From Pseudomonadota bacterium (GTDB lineage Bacteria; Bdellovibrionota_B; Oligoflexia; Oligoflexales; RGVZ01), in contig JBEGVZ010000042.1 of the NCBI GenBank assembly GCA_041178085.1, positions 1 to 59,683 on the forward strand: 59,683 nucleotides of DNA, written 5' to 3'. The translations under genes were made by a program, and so were the position numbers. Numbering within the stretch: the first letter of the stretch is position 1; every line of letters begins with the position of its first letter. The notes below the pieces were generated by a model that worked only from the letters and a program-made list of their open reading frames with translations, was not told the origin of the DNA and did not search any database. This document shows positions 48,492-57,993 of this stretch, one piece after another.

Positions 48492-50489
48492 TCAAGGATG
48501 CTGGCTCAGGACCTTGAAATGGAAGACAGCGAAGGCTGCCTCTTCGTCTGATTGACTGTTGGCTTTGCTGGTTTTTTCAGACCAGTCTTTCTTGAGCTGG
48601 TCGCGTGGAATCTCGCGATCGATTTTTGGCAGGTAAATCGCCTCATTCAAGTCGCTGATGACGGGAATTTGTGACGGCCAGAGCAAAATGTCTGGTTCGC
48701 CCGGATTTTCCTTACCCGTCGTTACATAACGAGCCAGCCGGGCCACACCGGTTTGTCCGACGGTCCTTTTGATTGTCATGCCGGAGGCTGGCTTTGGTTT
48801 CCCAGCCGCCAGGGCTCTCTCAACCATTCCTCCACTCAGCAAAAGTGCGATGTGCGATTGCAGGCGCGCCGCTGAATCAAGGTTTTTTGACTCCACATTG
48901 GCCAGGTGGTCGTCCCGCGTCCCGTGCCGCGACATCTCTTTGTTGCCGTGGTCGCTCGCCAGAACCAGGATCATTTGATCCCAGAATCCGGAGGCCTTTG
49001 CGGCTTCAACAAACCTGCCAATCGCCGCATCGGTGTAGGCCGTCGTCCGCCACATCCTTGTGTTCTGTCCGGCAGGTGCATTGATGTCCTGAATCCACCG
49101 GGGTGCGTCGCCGGGAAGTTCCCATGGGATGTGGTTGGTCACGGTCAGGATGAACGGCACAACGAACTTGATATCGGCTTTCTTGCGGGCAAGGTCGATT
49201 TCCTGTGCCGATCTCTCTGCGAGGGCAAGGTCACTCAAACCCCAGCTGCTCCCTGGAGTCTGGGGCGGAAAATCCTCCTGCGAAACAATCGCATCGACGC
49301 CGTGCTTGCGCCAGAAGCTGGCTTGATTATCGAACTTCGCTTCGCCGTTGTGAATCCACATTGGAAGGCCGCCAAGGGGGCGGATCTGCGCCGGCAGGCA
49401 ATCAACCCTTAAATCGGCACGCACCCGCATCAGCGAAGTGTAAAGACCCGACTGGTACCCGCACCAAAGCGCCTCCTGTCCCGAACATGTGACGGTTCCG
49501 GTGCTGAAGGCTTCAAGGAATAATATTCCGTTGCTGGCCAGCTGGTTGAAGTGGGGTGTCAGGGCAGAGGCTGCTCCGTCTTCGCGGTTTTTGTCGCCGC
49601 TGTTGGCGTAGATGTCGATCTCCGAGGGGCGGAATGTTTCCAGCGCCATGATGGCGAAAACAGGTTTTTTTCCGCTGGCAAGGGCCTCTGTGAAAAGACG
49701 CCTCAAGCTCTCACGGAGCTGCACTGCCGCTTCGTCATTTGAACCGGTTTTCATTGCTGAATTGGTCAAGGCCTCGTACGCCCGGCGCTCGCTGTCATGC
49801 GGAGGTGGGATGTCGATGCCACGGAAGTAATCGATGACGAGTTTTTCAAGGGTGTGGAACTGAAGCGTTCCAGGGACGAACCACTGGACGCGATAACGAA
49901 TTTGAAAGGCGTGGGCAGCCAAGGCAAAAAGCAGGAAGCCGGTGATGGCAAGACTGCCGCCAAGCAGTCCTTTCGTGGCCGGCGGAAGTTTCAAGATTTT
50001 GTCTCTGGCGCGCAGCGCACAAATGAAAGCGACCAAGCCAATGCCCAGGTTTGCTCCCACCATCGGTGACAAGACGGTCGTCTGGCTGGAAGCAATAAAT
50101 TGGGGGTCAAGCAGGTATCGCATGTGAAACACGAGCACGGGCGTCCGGTAGAACTCAACGTAGCTATGGTGCGCGGCCAGAAGCAGCGTCATCGCCAGAA
50201 ACGTGCTCCACTGGGCCCACCGGAAAATACGGGCAGGCAATACCAATGCAGCGACCATGGCAACGGTCGCCATCAAGGATCCGATCCACAGGTCGCTTGC
50301 AACGCCGACCAGGGCGCACTGGATTGCGTGAAGCATCGTCATGTCGGCCAGCCCGGCCGTGAGCAGTGAAAATATGGTCGCACGGTGGCCAAGGAAAAGG
50401 ATCAGACAGAAAAGCAGGCTCTGCCAGAATGCGGCGAAAGCAATCCTGCTGCCACGAGGTTGACGGTGGTTGGATGGACGCGCGTTCAT
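48492..50489 (-). CDS. LTA-synthase/alkaline-phosphatase-superfamily membrane transferase
   Basis: About 5 N-terminal TMs, then ALETF, LTPHFNQL, TVTNHIPW, YTD, LASDHG. Confidence 0.82.
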   Translation of the reverse strand: MNARPSNHRQPRGSRIAFAAFWQSLLFCLILFLGHRATIFSLLTAGLADMTMLHAIQCALVGVASDLWIGSLMATVAMVAALVLPARIFRWAQWSTFLAMTLLLAAHHSYVEFYRTPVLVFHMRYLLDPQFIASSQTTVLSPMVGANLGIGLVAFICALRARDKILKLPPATKGLLGGSLAITGFLLFALAAHAFQIRYRVQWFVPGTLQFHTLEKLVIDYFRGIDIPPPHDSERRAYEALTNSAMKTGSNDEAAVQLRESLRRLFTEALASGKKPVFAIMALETFRPSEIDIYANSGDKNREDGAASALTPHFNQLASNGILFLEAFSTGTVTCSGQEALWCGYQSGLYTSLMRVRADLRVDCLPAQIRPLGGLPMWIHNGEAKFDNQASFWRKHGVDAIVSQEDFPPQTPGSSWGLSDLALAERSAQEIDLARKKADIKFVVPFILTVTNHIPWELPGDAPRWIQDINAPAGQNTRMWRTTAYTDAAIGRFVEAAKASGFWDQMILVLASDHGNKEMSRHGTRDDHLANVESKNLDSAARLQSHIALLLSGGMVERALAAGKPKPASGMTIKRTVGQTGVARLARYVTTGKENPGEPDILLWPSQIPVISDLNEAIYLPKIDREIPRDQLKKDWSEKTSKANSQSDEEAAFAVFHFKVLSQHP

Positions 50490-50519
50490 TTGACCGGGAA
50501 GACTAGCAGTGAAGGGGGC

Positions 50520-50596
50520 TGGTGGCGAAGGGGAGAATCGAACTCCCGACCTGTGGGTTATGAATCCACCGCTCTAACCATCTGAGCTACCTCGCC
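50520..50596 (-). tRNA. tRNA-Met(CAT), probably elongator
   Basis: Reverse complement GGCGAGGTAGCTCAGATGGTTAGAGCG-GTGGA-TTCATAA-CCCAC-AGGTCGGGAGTTCGATTCTCCC-CTTCGCC-ACCA. G1-C72 pair rules out initiator; Ile2 is not excluded. Confidence 0.93.
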
Positions 50597-50636
50597 GCCC
50601 ACTTGCGGCGTTGCGGACGCAACATCGCAAGCGGTT

Positions 50637-50665
50637 GGATTAAGGCGCGGTTGCACAAATGTCAA
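50637..50665 (-). promoter_or_regulatory. Possible sigma-70 promoter of the tRNA
   Basis: Perfect TTGACA (50665-50660) with a weak TTAATC-like -10. Confidence 0.35.
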
Positions 50666-50687
50666 GGGTCATGAAGCCTGGGCCGGC

Positions 50688-51041
50688 CTAGGCTGCAGGG
50701 CGCCGTGCAAGGCGCGGTTCAGAGGCGGCTTTGATGGCCTCTTTTTGAGCCTTCGACAGGGTTGAAAAGTTCAATGCTTTATAGATGTTACAGTGACCGC
50801 AGGCGGCTCTAAGAACCAGGTCTGCACCGACCAGACTGACCAGGCGGTTGGTGAGCCCCGGGCGACGCAGTCCAAGGAGCACCAGCGCCGACCCCAGGAC
50901 TCCGCTGGCGACCCGGTCGACGTTGCCGACATTGACGCTGGCCTTGCGCAGGGCCCGGTCCTCGGCCATCCGGTCGGCCACGCGATGCTGGATGGTTTGT
51001 GCGGTTTCAATCGTGCTGTGCTTGAGTTGTTCGTAGTTCAT
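50688..51041 (-). CDS. DUF2892 (YgaP-like) membrane protein
   Basis: NVGNVDR...G, G.C..Y.AL..ST; AGGAGG RBS before MNYEQ. Confidence 0.8.
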   Translation of the reverse strand: MNYEQLKHSTIETAQTIQHRVADRMAEDRALRKASVNVGNVDRVASGVLGSALVLLGLRRPGLTNRLVSLVGADLVLRAACGHCNIYKALNFSTLSKAQKEAIKAASEPRLARRPAA

Positions 51042-51192
51042 GGGTCCTCCTGGCGTTGAGTCATTCGAAGGGCGATCGCCTGACCGCCCCCACGTGAGCA
51101 AAGCAATGAGGATGCCACCCGGAAGTTTGTAGTCCCCGCCCTGTTTGCCTGATAAAACCTAGGCGTTGTTACATTTGGTGGAGGTTCTTCTG

Positions 51193-52368
51193 ATGAGTCA
51201 TACGGTGATTGTTTACGCTGGTCGCACCCCGGTTGGGAAAATGGGTGGTGCGTTTGCAGGGTTGGCGGCTTCCCGTCTGGGTGCAACCCTCGTGAAGGAC
51301 GCTCTCGCTAAAACCAGGATCGATCCCGCATCCGTTGATGAAATCATCATGGGCAACGTCCTGACCGCTGGCGTAGGCCAGGCACCCGCCCGTCAGGCGG
51401 CAATTTTCGGCGGTTTGCCGAAATCGGTGTGTGCGACCACCATCAACCGGGTTTGTGGCAGTGGCTTGAAGTCGGTCATGATGGCTGATCAGGCGATTCG
51501 TCTGGGTGATGCCAAGGTGGTTTTCGCGGGGGGCCAGGAAAACATGACCTTGGCGCCGCATTTGCTCATGAATTCCCGTGCTGGATACAAGTTTGGTGCG
51601 ATTGAGGCCAAAGACCACATGCAGTGGGATGGTCTGTGGGATCCTTACGGCAATGTCGCCATGGGCAACTGTGGTGAACTTTGCGCCAAGGAGTACAAGT
51701 TCTCCCGTGAGGAGCAGGACAAGTTCGCGCTGGAAAGCTATGCCCGTGCCCGTAACGCGTGGGAGAGCGGGCACTTCAAGAACGAAATCGTCGCCGTCGA
51801 AGTCCCGGGCAGGAAGGGGCCGGTCATCGTCGACAAGGACGAAGAGCCATTCTCTGTCGATCTGGCCAAGCTGCCTGAGTTGCGACCTGCATTCGACAAG
51901 TCTGGCACAATCACAGCGGGCAATGCTTCTTCGATCAATGATGGCGCGGCCCTGGTCGTCGCCTGCAGCGAAGAGAAGGCAAAGCAACTCGGACTGAAAC
52001 CTCTCGTTCGCATTGTTGCCCAGGCGTCTCACGCCCAGGATCCATCCTGGTTTACGACTGCCCCGGTGGAGTGCATCCGCAAGGTTCTGCACAAGGCCAA
52101 GCTGTCGGCCAGCGATATTGACCTTTACGAAATCAATGAGGCTTTCTCGGTGGTTCCGATGGCTGCCATGCGCGACCTGGAAATCCCACACGACAAGGTA
52201 AACATCCACGGTGGTGCAGTCGCCATTGGCCATCCGATCGGGGCCAGCGGCACCAGGGTCCTTGTGACCTTGATCCATGCATTGAAGGCCGCCGGAAAAC
52301 GCCGTGGTTTGGCCACCTTGTGCATTGGTGGTGGCGAGGCCAGCGCGGTCATTGTAGAAGTCGCATAA
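51193..52368 (+). CDS. Acetyl-CoA C-acetyltransferase (thiolase)
   Basis: INRVCGSG, NEAF, GHPIGASG, CIGGG. Confidence 0.95.
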   Translation: MSHTVIVYAGRTPVGKMGGAFAGLAASRLGATLVKDALAKTRIDPASVDEIIMGNVLTAGVGQAPARQAAIFGGLPKSVCATTINRVCGSGLKSVMMADQAIRLGDAKVVFAGGQENMTLAPHLLMNSRAGYKFGAIEAKDHMQWDGLWDPYGNVAMGNCGELCAKEYKFSREEQDKFALESYARARNAWESGHFKNEIVAVEVPGRKGPVIVDKDEEPFSVDLAKLPELRPAFDKSGTITAGNASSINDGAALVVACSEEKAKQLGLKPLVRIVAQASHAQDPSWFTTAPVECIRKVLHKAKLSASDIDLYEINEAFSVVPMAAMRDLEIPHDKVNIHGGAVAIGHPIGASGTRVLVTLIHALKAAGKRRGLATLCIGGGEASAVIVEVA

Positions 52369-52397
52369 ACGGGCGGGTAATTTTCCGCCGATACCCC

Positions 52398-52424
52398 TCA
52401 AGCTTTATCCCCGATTGCCGAAAA
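52398..52424 (+). promoter_or_regulatory. Putative sigma-28 promoter of the fliN-like gene
   Basis: TCAA(GCTT)-N15-GCCGAAAA. Confidence 0.6.
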
Positions 52425-52447
52425 AGAAGGCAATTGGGGGGTTTTTT

Positions 52448-52762
52448 TTGGGTAACGAAACCAGAAAATTGATCGCGGAAAACCTTATGGATGTCCGGGT
52501 CCGGATTACCGTCGAGGTTGGGCAAACCCGCATGCCTATCGCAGACATCCTGAAGATCCGCCCAGGTGAAATGATCGGCCTTGGTGCTGACCAGAAGGAG
52601 CCTTTAAAGGTCTATGTGAATGACAAGCTGTTCGCATTTGGCGAAGTCATCGAAGCCAACGGCAAGTATGCTGTGCGAATCGTCACGGTTATTGGTCGCG
52701 TTGATGCGGAAAGTGAGAAGGCAGCGCCTGACACCGCCAGCAGGGGTCGGCGTTCCGCCTGA
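52448..52762 (+). CDS. fliN: FliN/FliM-C (SpoA) domain protein
   Basis: DV.V.ITVEVG, PL.VYVN.KL.A.GEV...NGKYAVRI; TTG start after a G-run RBS. Confidence 0.82.
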   Translation: MGNETRKLIAENLMDVRVRITVEVGQTRMPIADILKIRPGEMIGLGADQKEPLKVYVNDKLFAFGEVIEANGKYAVRIVTVIGRVDAESEKAAPDTASRGRRSA

Positions 52763-52779
52763 CGCAAAAGTCTGCGCCG

Positions 52780-54933
52780 CTATTTTTTCAAATCAAATCT
52801 GAGCTTTTTTTCCACCATCTTGAGCGCCCGGTAATCAACTGTACCAAGCGATTTCAGGCTTTTTACCAGTTGTCCGGGAGCCGGTGCCTTGGTTTTCTTC
52901 AACTTGAGCAATCGGTTGCGCGCAATGTCAGAAGTTTTTGGCGTCTCAATCTCAAGCTTTTTGCCGGATTTCTGGGCTTCGCGGGCTCTTTGCTGAAACC
53001 CGCTGATCTTGGCCATGAGTCGCTCGCCGAGCTTTTCCGCTGCATCCTTGTCAATGCTGGATACGGCATTGATGGCAGCATCCAGGTCACCCTTGCGGGC
53101 CAGGGCAAGAGCAAGGTTGTAGGTGACAAACGGGGCGAACGAACCTTTTCCGTCGCTACCAGCATCCTTGTCGGGATTGGCGGCGAGTGCCTCGCGGTAG
53201 AGTTCAATCCCTTTATCGGGATCACCCTTCCAGGCCATCACTACGGCGCGGTTGTTAAGGTGAGCCACAATGTTCATCAGGTCATTCAGTTGGTCCATCA
53301 TGGCACGCGCTTCATCCGGGTTGCCTTTTTCCAGGGCAACCATTGCCTGAGTTTCGATCACCTTGGGGTTTGTCGCATCGATGGAGGCAGCCTCCGAGGT
53401 TCGTTCGGTGGCTTTTTCCAGGTCACCCCGGTGCAGCTCGACTTCTGCAAGGTTGGTCAGCCGGTGCAAGTTGATCGGGACTTCTTTGTTCGCTTTTTCT
53501 AGCCACTCCGCAGAGCTGTCAAAATCGCCCAGGGCAAAAGTTATCTTGCCTAAAAGGTTGTAGAAATAGGTCCCCTTTGCACCCATGGCGGAGGCTTCCT
53601 GTGCGGCGCCGTAGGCTTCTTCCAGTTTTGCTTCCGCCAGCAGGATTTCAGCCGTCATCAGTTTTCTTTGGGCTCCCGGAATCAACATCTTTTGGGCCGC
53701 GGCTTCCCAAAGGGTCTTTGCGCCTTCGGTGTCTCCCTTGCGCAGCATGGAGCGGACCTTGCGCATGAGTCCCCTGAAGGTTGATGGCAGGTTCTCTTCT
53801 TTGACGGCAAGGCGGATGTTGTTTTCCAGGGATTCAAGTGACAGCGGCTTTTGGATCAGGACGGCAGAACCAAGCTCCTCCATCAGCCCCTTGTCTTGTG
53901 GCCCCAGTTGCGCACTCGAAATGATCACGAGGGTGTCTTGCCAGCCCTCCTGGTGGATCCGCTGAAGCAGAGCCATCCCTGAAAGCTTGGGTAGTTTCCA
54001 CTCACTGATGACGATTGTGCCGGCATGGTTCCCTTTAAGAAAATCCCACGCGGCCTCGCCATCATCAAATTCCTGGATCTCTTTTATGCCAAGGGTCAAG
54101 CACGCCTTGCGCAGGTGGTTGCGGACGGCGGTGTCCGGGTCAACGATCACACCGCGTGCGATACCAAAAGAGGACAGGAGTGACTCATTGGATGAGGCCA
54201 GGGCGGCTATGTCGTCATCACTGAAGACACGAGTCCGGTCCCGTTCCGCAATCTCGCCAAGCCTGCTGGCCAGGCGCTTGTCCGCCCATACGGCGCGCAT
54301 CGCGTAACGGCGTGCTCCGTCTGCGTCCATGTTGAGTGCCAGTGCATCGGCGTAATCCAGTAGAAGTTCCGGGTCCTCGGGCCTCAACTCGACTATCGAT
54401 GCCGTCAAATGCAGCAGGGCTTCGTAGCTGTCGGTGGCGCGCAGGTACTTTCTTGCCCAGGCCAGCGAAACGAAATCTTGGCTGTAATCGAAGCGCGCGG
54501 CAGCTTCCATGACCGCCCTGATTTCTTCTGCGATTGTGACGCCCTGAGAAAATGACGAAGACAAGTGCCAGGATAGAAGTCCATTGTCAAAAGCCAAGGG
54601 CAGGGTGAAGTACTCTTCGTTTGAGACGATCGCACTCCAGAAGACTCCGGTCAGCTGGGGCGTCGTGGCGACAAGCTGTCCAAGCTGAAGGGCATTCGTT
54701 TTTTCCTGGGTAAAAAGTGTGGTGATGATCCAGCAGGGAAATTGGCCGGAGCTGGCCATCTCCCTGAGTACTGTAGTGGCCTCGTTTATGTCTCCGGTGG
54801 GAACGACATTGGTAAAGCCAGCATCTTTCAAACAGGTGACGATCTGCCCGTTGACGCCCTTCGATGGATGGATCACCAAGACGGGGCTACTTTTGCCCGT
54901 AAACAAGGTTTTCAGAAGTTGGTTGTTCCCCAT
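52780..54933 (-). CDS. Receiver-like domains plus TPR repeats
   Basis: IVDPD..R, ISEWKLPKLSG, IQKP; TPR arrays. Confidence 0.8.
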   Translation of the reverse strand: MGNNQLLKTLFTGKSSPVLVIHPSKGVNGQIVTCLKDAGFTNVVPTGDINEATTVLREMASSGQFPCWIITTLFTQEKTNALQLGQLVATTPQLTGVFWSAIVSNEEYFTLPLAFDNGLLSWHLSSSFSQGVTIAEEIRAVMEAAARFDYSQDFVSLAWARKYLRATDSYEALLHLTASIVELRPEDPELLLDYADALALNMDADGARRYAMRAVWADKRLASRLGEIAERDRTRVFSDDDIAALASSNESLLSSFGIARGVIVDPDTAVRNHLRKACLTLGIKEIQEFDDGEAAWDFLKGNHAGTIVISEWKLPKLSGMALLQRIHQEGWQDTLVIISSAQLGPQDKGLMEELGSAVLIQKPLSLESLENNIRLAVKEENLPSTFRGLMRKVRSMLRKGDTEGAKTLWEAAAQKMLIPGAQRKLMTAEILLAEAKLEEAYGAAQEASAMGAKGTYFYNLLGKITFALGDFDSSAEWLEKANKEVPINLHRLTNLAEVELHRGDLEKATERTSEAASIDATNPKVIETQAMVALEKGNPDEARAMMDQLNDLMNIVAHLNNRAVVMAWKGDPDKGIELYREALAANPDKDAGSDGKGSFAPFVTYNLALALARKGDLDAAINAVSSIDKDAAEKLGERLMAKISGFQQRAREAQKSGKKLEIETPKTSDIARNRLLKLKKTKAPAPGQLVKSLKSLGTVDYRALKMVEKKLRFDLKK

Positions 54934-55025
54934 CGTTAGCCCCTCGCGGGAATTTTCCCACGGATGGAGCAGGGTTACAATGCGTAAGCCAACTCATGGG
55001 CTGGAACGGGGTTATTGGCTTGCCC

Positions 55026-56012
55026 TCACGCCGCATCGGGTGGAACGACCAGTGCCAGTTTTCCAAGGCGGGCCATTTCGCCAAAAGGGATGTTGCCGGC
55101 GCGGAAAGGTCGACGGTGGAAATTCCGGTGTTGACCAAACACAACCAATCCTGCGTCCCATCCTTGTTCTTTGCTGATCGCTTCTTCGATCGCGTCGATC
55201 ACCGGACCATGCAGCACGCTGGCGGTATATTTGCCTTCACGTTCCGGGAACCAGATGGTTTCTTCGTCCGCACGGTTGCGCAGTTGCCCGGAGAGGTCGT
55301 GGTCCAGGGCCGTGAAAAAGTCAGCGGCAGCTTCGGCCCGGATGGTTGTGCCTTGCCTTGCAGCATACCGTCGCAAGGCCTGACCGAACCTGTTCCGGTG
55401 CAGCGGGTTTACGTGGATGTGGTAGACGTGCGGGGCGTCAAGCGCCTCGGCAAAATATAGCCCCATCGACAATGCCGGCCTGGACCACGGGGTCAAATCA
55501 TCTGCAATCGCCACGGCGTGGACTTGATCCGGCACGGCCTTGGAACTCACCACCAGCACGGGACAAGGGCATTCGTGCAACACGGCAAGCAGCGTGGACA
55601 AGCGATGTTCCTTGCGGCGCCACGAGTCAACGGGTGAGCCCATGACCACCAATTGTGCCTGCAGGATTACACTCTCTGCGATTATGATCTGGCTCGGTAC
55701 ACCTGCGACCACGCGTACATCAATCACCACATCTTTGCGGTACTTAGCGGCAAGGTCATCCAGCTGGGCGCGGGCCTCTTCAAGCTCTGTTTGCACGTTG
55801 GCTGCAATGACGTCGCCAACAGGGATGCCCATGCTTTCCTCGAGACTGGCGGTGGTGATCTGGCTCCAGTCCCGCACGGCGTGCAACAAGACAACCTTCG
55901 AGTGGCTGCGTCGTGCAAAGTCGACAGCAGCCTTCAATGTGTTCGCCAAACTGGAGTCAAAGTCGATGGCGGCAATCACCGGTGTGTGTTTCAGTCGCTT
56001 TGGATCTGCCAT
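55026..56012 (-). CDS. Tandem universal stress protein
   Basis: AAIDF, LLHAV, LVVMGS, CPCPVLVV; second domain ending LVVPP. Confidence 0.85.
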   Translation of the reverse strand: MADPKRLKHTPVIAAIDFDSSLANTLKAAVDFARRSHSKVVLLHAVRDWSQITTASLEESMGIPVGDVIAANVQTELEEARAQLDDLAAKYRKDVVIDVRVVAGVPSQIIIAESVILQAQLVVMGSPVDSWRRKEHRLSTLLAVLHECPCPVLVVSSKAVPDQVHAVAIADDLTPWSRPALSMGLYFAEALDAPHVYHIHVNPLHRNRFGQALRRYAARQGTTIRAEAAADFFTALDHDLSGQLRNRADEETIWFPEREGKYTASVLHGPVIDAIEEAISKEQGWDAGLVVFGQHRNFHRRPFRAGNIPFGEMARLGKLALVVPPDAA

Positions 56013-56063
56013 GTAGGTTCCCTCCGGGCCGTGGTACCATGGCCCTATTCACAAGGAGTGCCA

Positions 56064-56681
56064 ATGAGCCCATCCGTCATGGCCCGGTGTAACTTTATTC
56101 GTCTGGTCGCTTTCTTCTGCTTGCTCGGAGCAGGGTGCAAGACGGCAGACAAGGCGCCGTCCGCAAACCAGGTCGCAGTCGTTCCGGGAGCAGATGGGGC
56201 AGTCCTGGTTGGCAAATGGTTGCAGGGATGTATCGCCGCACAAAGCCAATCCGTGCTCAGTTCGATGACATTCAATGCCAATGGCACTTGGACAAGCTCG
56301 GTCAAGATGTTTGCGGACGGCTCATGTGCAAGCCCCGTGTATGAGATGATCACCGAGGGAACCTATGTGACCGGTCAGATTCTTGCCGCAGGCACGGCGA
56401 TGGACCGTACCAGCACAAAGGTATCGGAGGTTTTTTTTCTGGATTCCCAGATTACCGCAAATAACCAGGCCGGGTACCGTGGCTATCGCAACTGGACGAA
56501 AGGTGTACCTTTCACGCGTCCGGCCGAGATTCCCGTTCAATACGATATTTTCCGGATTGAAGGGGACTTGCTGCGCCTGGGCAAGGTCAGTCAGGTGGCC
56601 GGATCGGCCAATGACGGGCTGACTCCGCAAACCCGCCCGACTGAGATTTCCACACAGATGAAGCCCCTCACGCGGCAGTGA
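56064..56681 (+). CDS. Hypothetical lipoprotein (lipocalin-like beta fold)
   Basis: AAGGAG RBS; lipobox GAGC; LVGKW..C pattern. Confidence 0.65.
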   Translation: MSPSVMARCNFIRLVAFFCLLGAGCKTADKAPSANQVAVVPGADGAVLVGKWLQGCIAAQSQSVLSSMTFNANGTWTSSVKMFADGSCASPVYEMITEGTYVTGQILAAGTAMDRTSTKVSEVFFLDSQITANNQAGYRGYRNWTKGVPFTRPAEIPVQYDIFRIEGDLLRLGKVSQVAGSANDGLTPQTRPTEISTQMKPLTRQ

Positions 56682-56693
56682 TTTTAGCCAGGG

Positions 56694-57929
56694 TCATGGA
56701 TGTTTCTTTCGCGATCGCATCCAGCAGTATGCCCCGGTTGCAACCAGTCCAACGCCGCAGGCGGCGAATCCGTGTTGCGGGCTGATGAATGTCAGGACGA
56801 AAGTAAATAGCAGGTAGCTTGCTGGTTGCACGCCGGTCACCCAGGCCTGTAGGCGTGCAAAAAAATTCCCTCTTAATGTTTCTGGCACCGCGTTCTGGAA
56901 GTAGGTGACGACTTTGACGTTAAGTATGCCTGCGCTGGCCCCGCCTGCAAGGAGCACCAGCCCAACCCACCATTGGGATGCGAGTAGCGCAACACTAGCC
57001 AGCATCCCGCCGAAGAAAAAGAACAACGCGGCTGAAGTTCTTAAGAAATCTCCGCTGATGACCGGGACCAGGCCGGCACTTGCGGCTCCGGCAACAAGGC
57101 CAAGCCAGAAACAGGCTTCCAGCACGCCAAGCGTTATCACGCTTCCCCCCAAAGACTTACTGACAAAAAGAGGCAGAATCAGGAACAGCGGGAACATGAA
57201 CAGGTTGGCAAGGCCAAATGCCCTGAGCAGTGGGGGTACATCAGGCGGTAAAGCCACGGCTTTCGTATCCGGGTGCGCCAGGTCCTCTGGGGCCGACTGA
57301 GGTTGGGCGTTGACCCGGAAAGAAGCCCCAAGGGTCATCAGTGCGGATGCCAGGTAACTGAGCGCATTAAGTCCGATGGTAAAGACAAATCCCAGGGTGC
57401 CGCTGGCAATCGCTCCAAGTGCGGCCCCGGAAAAAAATGCAATGGCCTGGGTCGCAGATTCGAAACCTACCGCTCCTTCGATGTCGGCCTCATCAACCAG
57501 TTCGGGGACAGCCTTTACAAGAGCAGGATCGACGAAAGACTGGCAGATTGCGATCAACCCTGAGAGCGCCCAGGTCCAGCCCAGGTCAAGGCGGCCTGTG
57601 GCGGCTAGCGCGAAAACGACGAGCGACAGCGCAGCTCCGCAAAGTTCAAATCCGACCAGGATCTTTTTGGTTGGATAACGTGACAGGGTGCGTCCGATGA
57701 CCTTCATCATGAGGACTGACGGAAGCCCCATCAAGACAAGAAGGATGCCGCTGGCCCATGCGGCGCTGGTCGCTGAGTCCGCTGATTCCCCGCTGATTGA
57801 GGAGGTTGTGACAATCCACCAGAGAAGGTTGATGAAGTAGGCACGACTTCCAGCCTGGCTTAGTACCTGGCCTGCCCACACCAGGCGGAAGTTCCGGTTG
57901 CGGACCAGGAGATTTTCTCTTGCTTGCAT
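56694..57929 (-). CDS. MFS transporter (DHA3/MefA-like)
   Basis: RNRNF.L.W.GQ.LS..G, FVDPA...VP.LV, Q..VP..LRG; about 12 TMs. Confidence 0.88.
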   Translation of the reverse strand: MQARENLLVRNRNFRLVWAGQVLSQAGSRAYFINLLWWIVTTSSISGESADSATSAAWASGILLVLMGLPSVLMMKVIGRTLSRYPTKKILVGFELCGAALSLVVFALAATGRLDLGWTWALSGLIAICQSFVDPALVKAVPELVDEADIEGAVGFESATQAIAFFSGAALGAIASGTLGFVFTIGLNALSYLASALMTLGASFRVNAQPQSAPEDLAHPDTKAVALPPDVPPLLRAFGLANLFMFPLFLILPLFVSKSLGGSVITLGVLEACFWLGLVAGAASAGLVPVISGDFLRTSAALFFFFGGMLASVALLASQWWVGLVLLAGGASAGILNVKVVTYFQNAVPETLRGNFFARLQAWVTGVQPASYLLFTFVLTFISPQHGFAACGVGLVATGAYCWMRSRKKHP

Positions 57930-57993
57930 TGCCGCCCTCACCGGAATACCGGATAATTGACCCACCAAGTTGCCGCCAGGAGAATCACCAACG

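Noticed and set aside
50520..50596. tRNA as an island integration site
   Set aside because: No integrase and no duplicated tRNA 3' end noticed in the window.
52366..52394. Second sigma-28-like site TAAA...GCCGATAC
   Set aside because: Spacer is 17 nt instead of 15; the adjacent site fits better.
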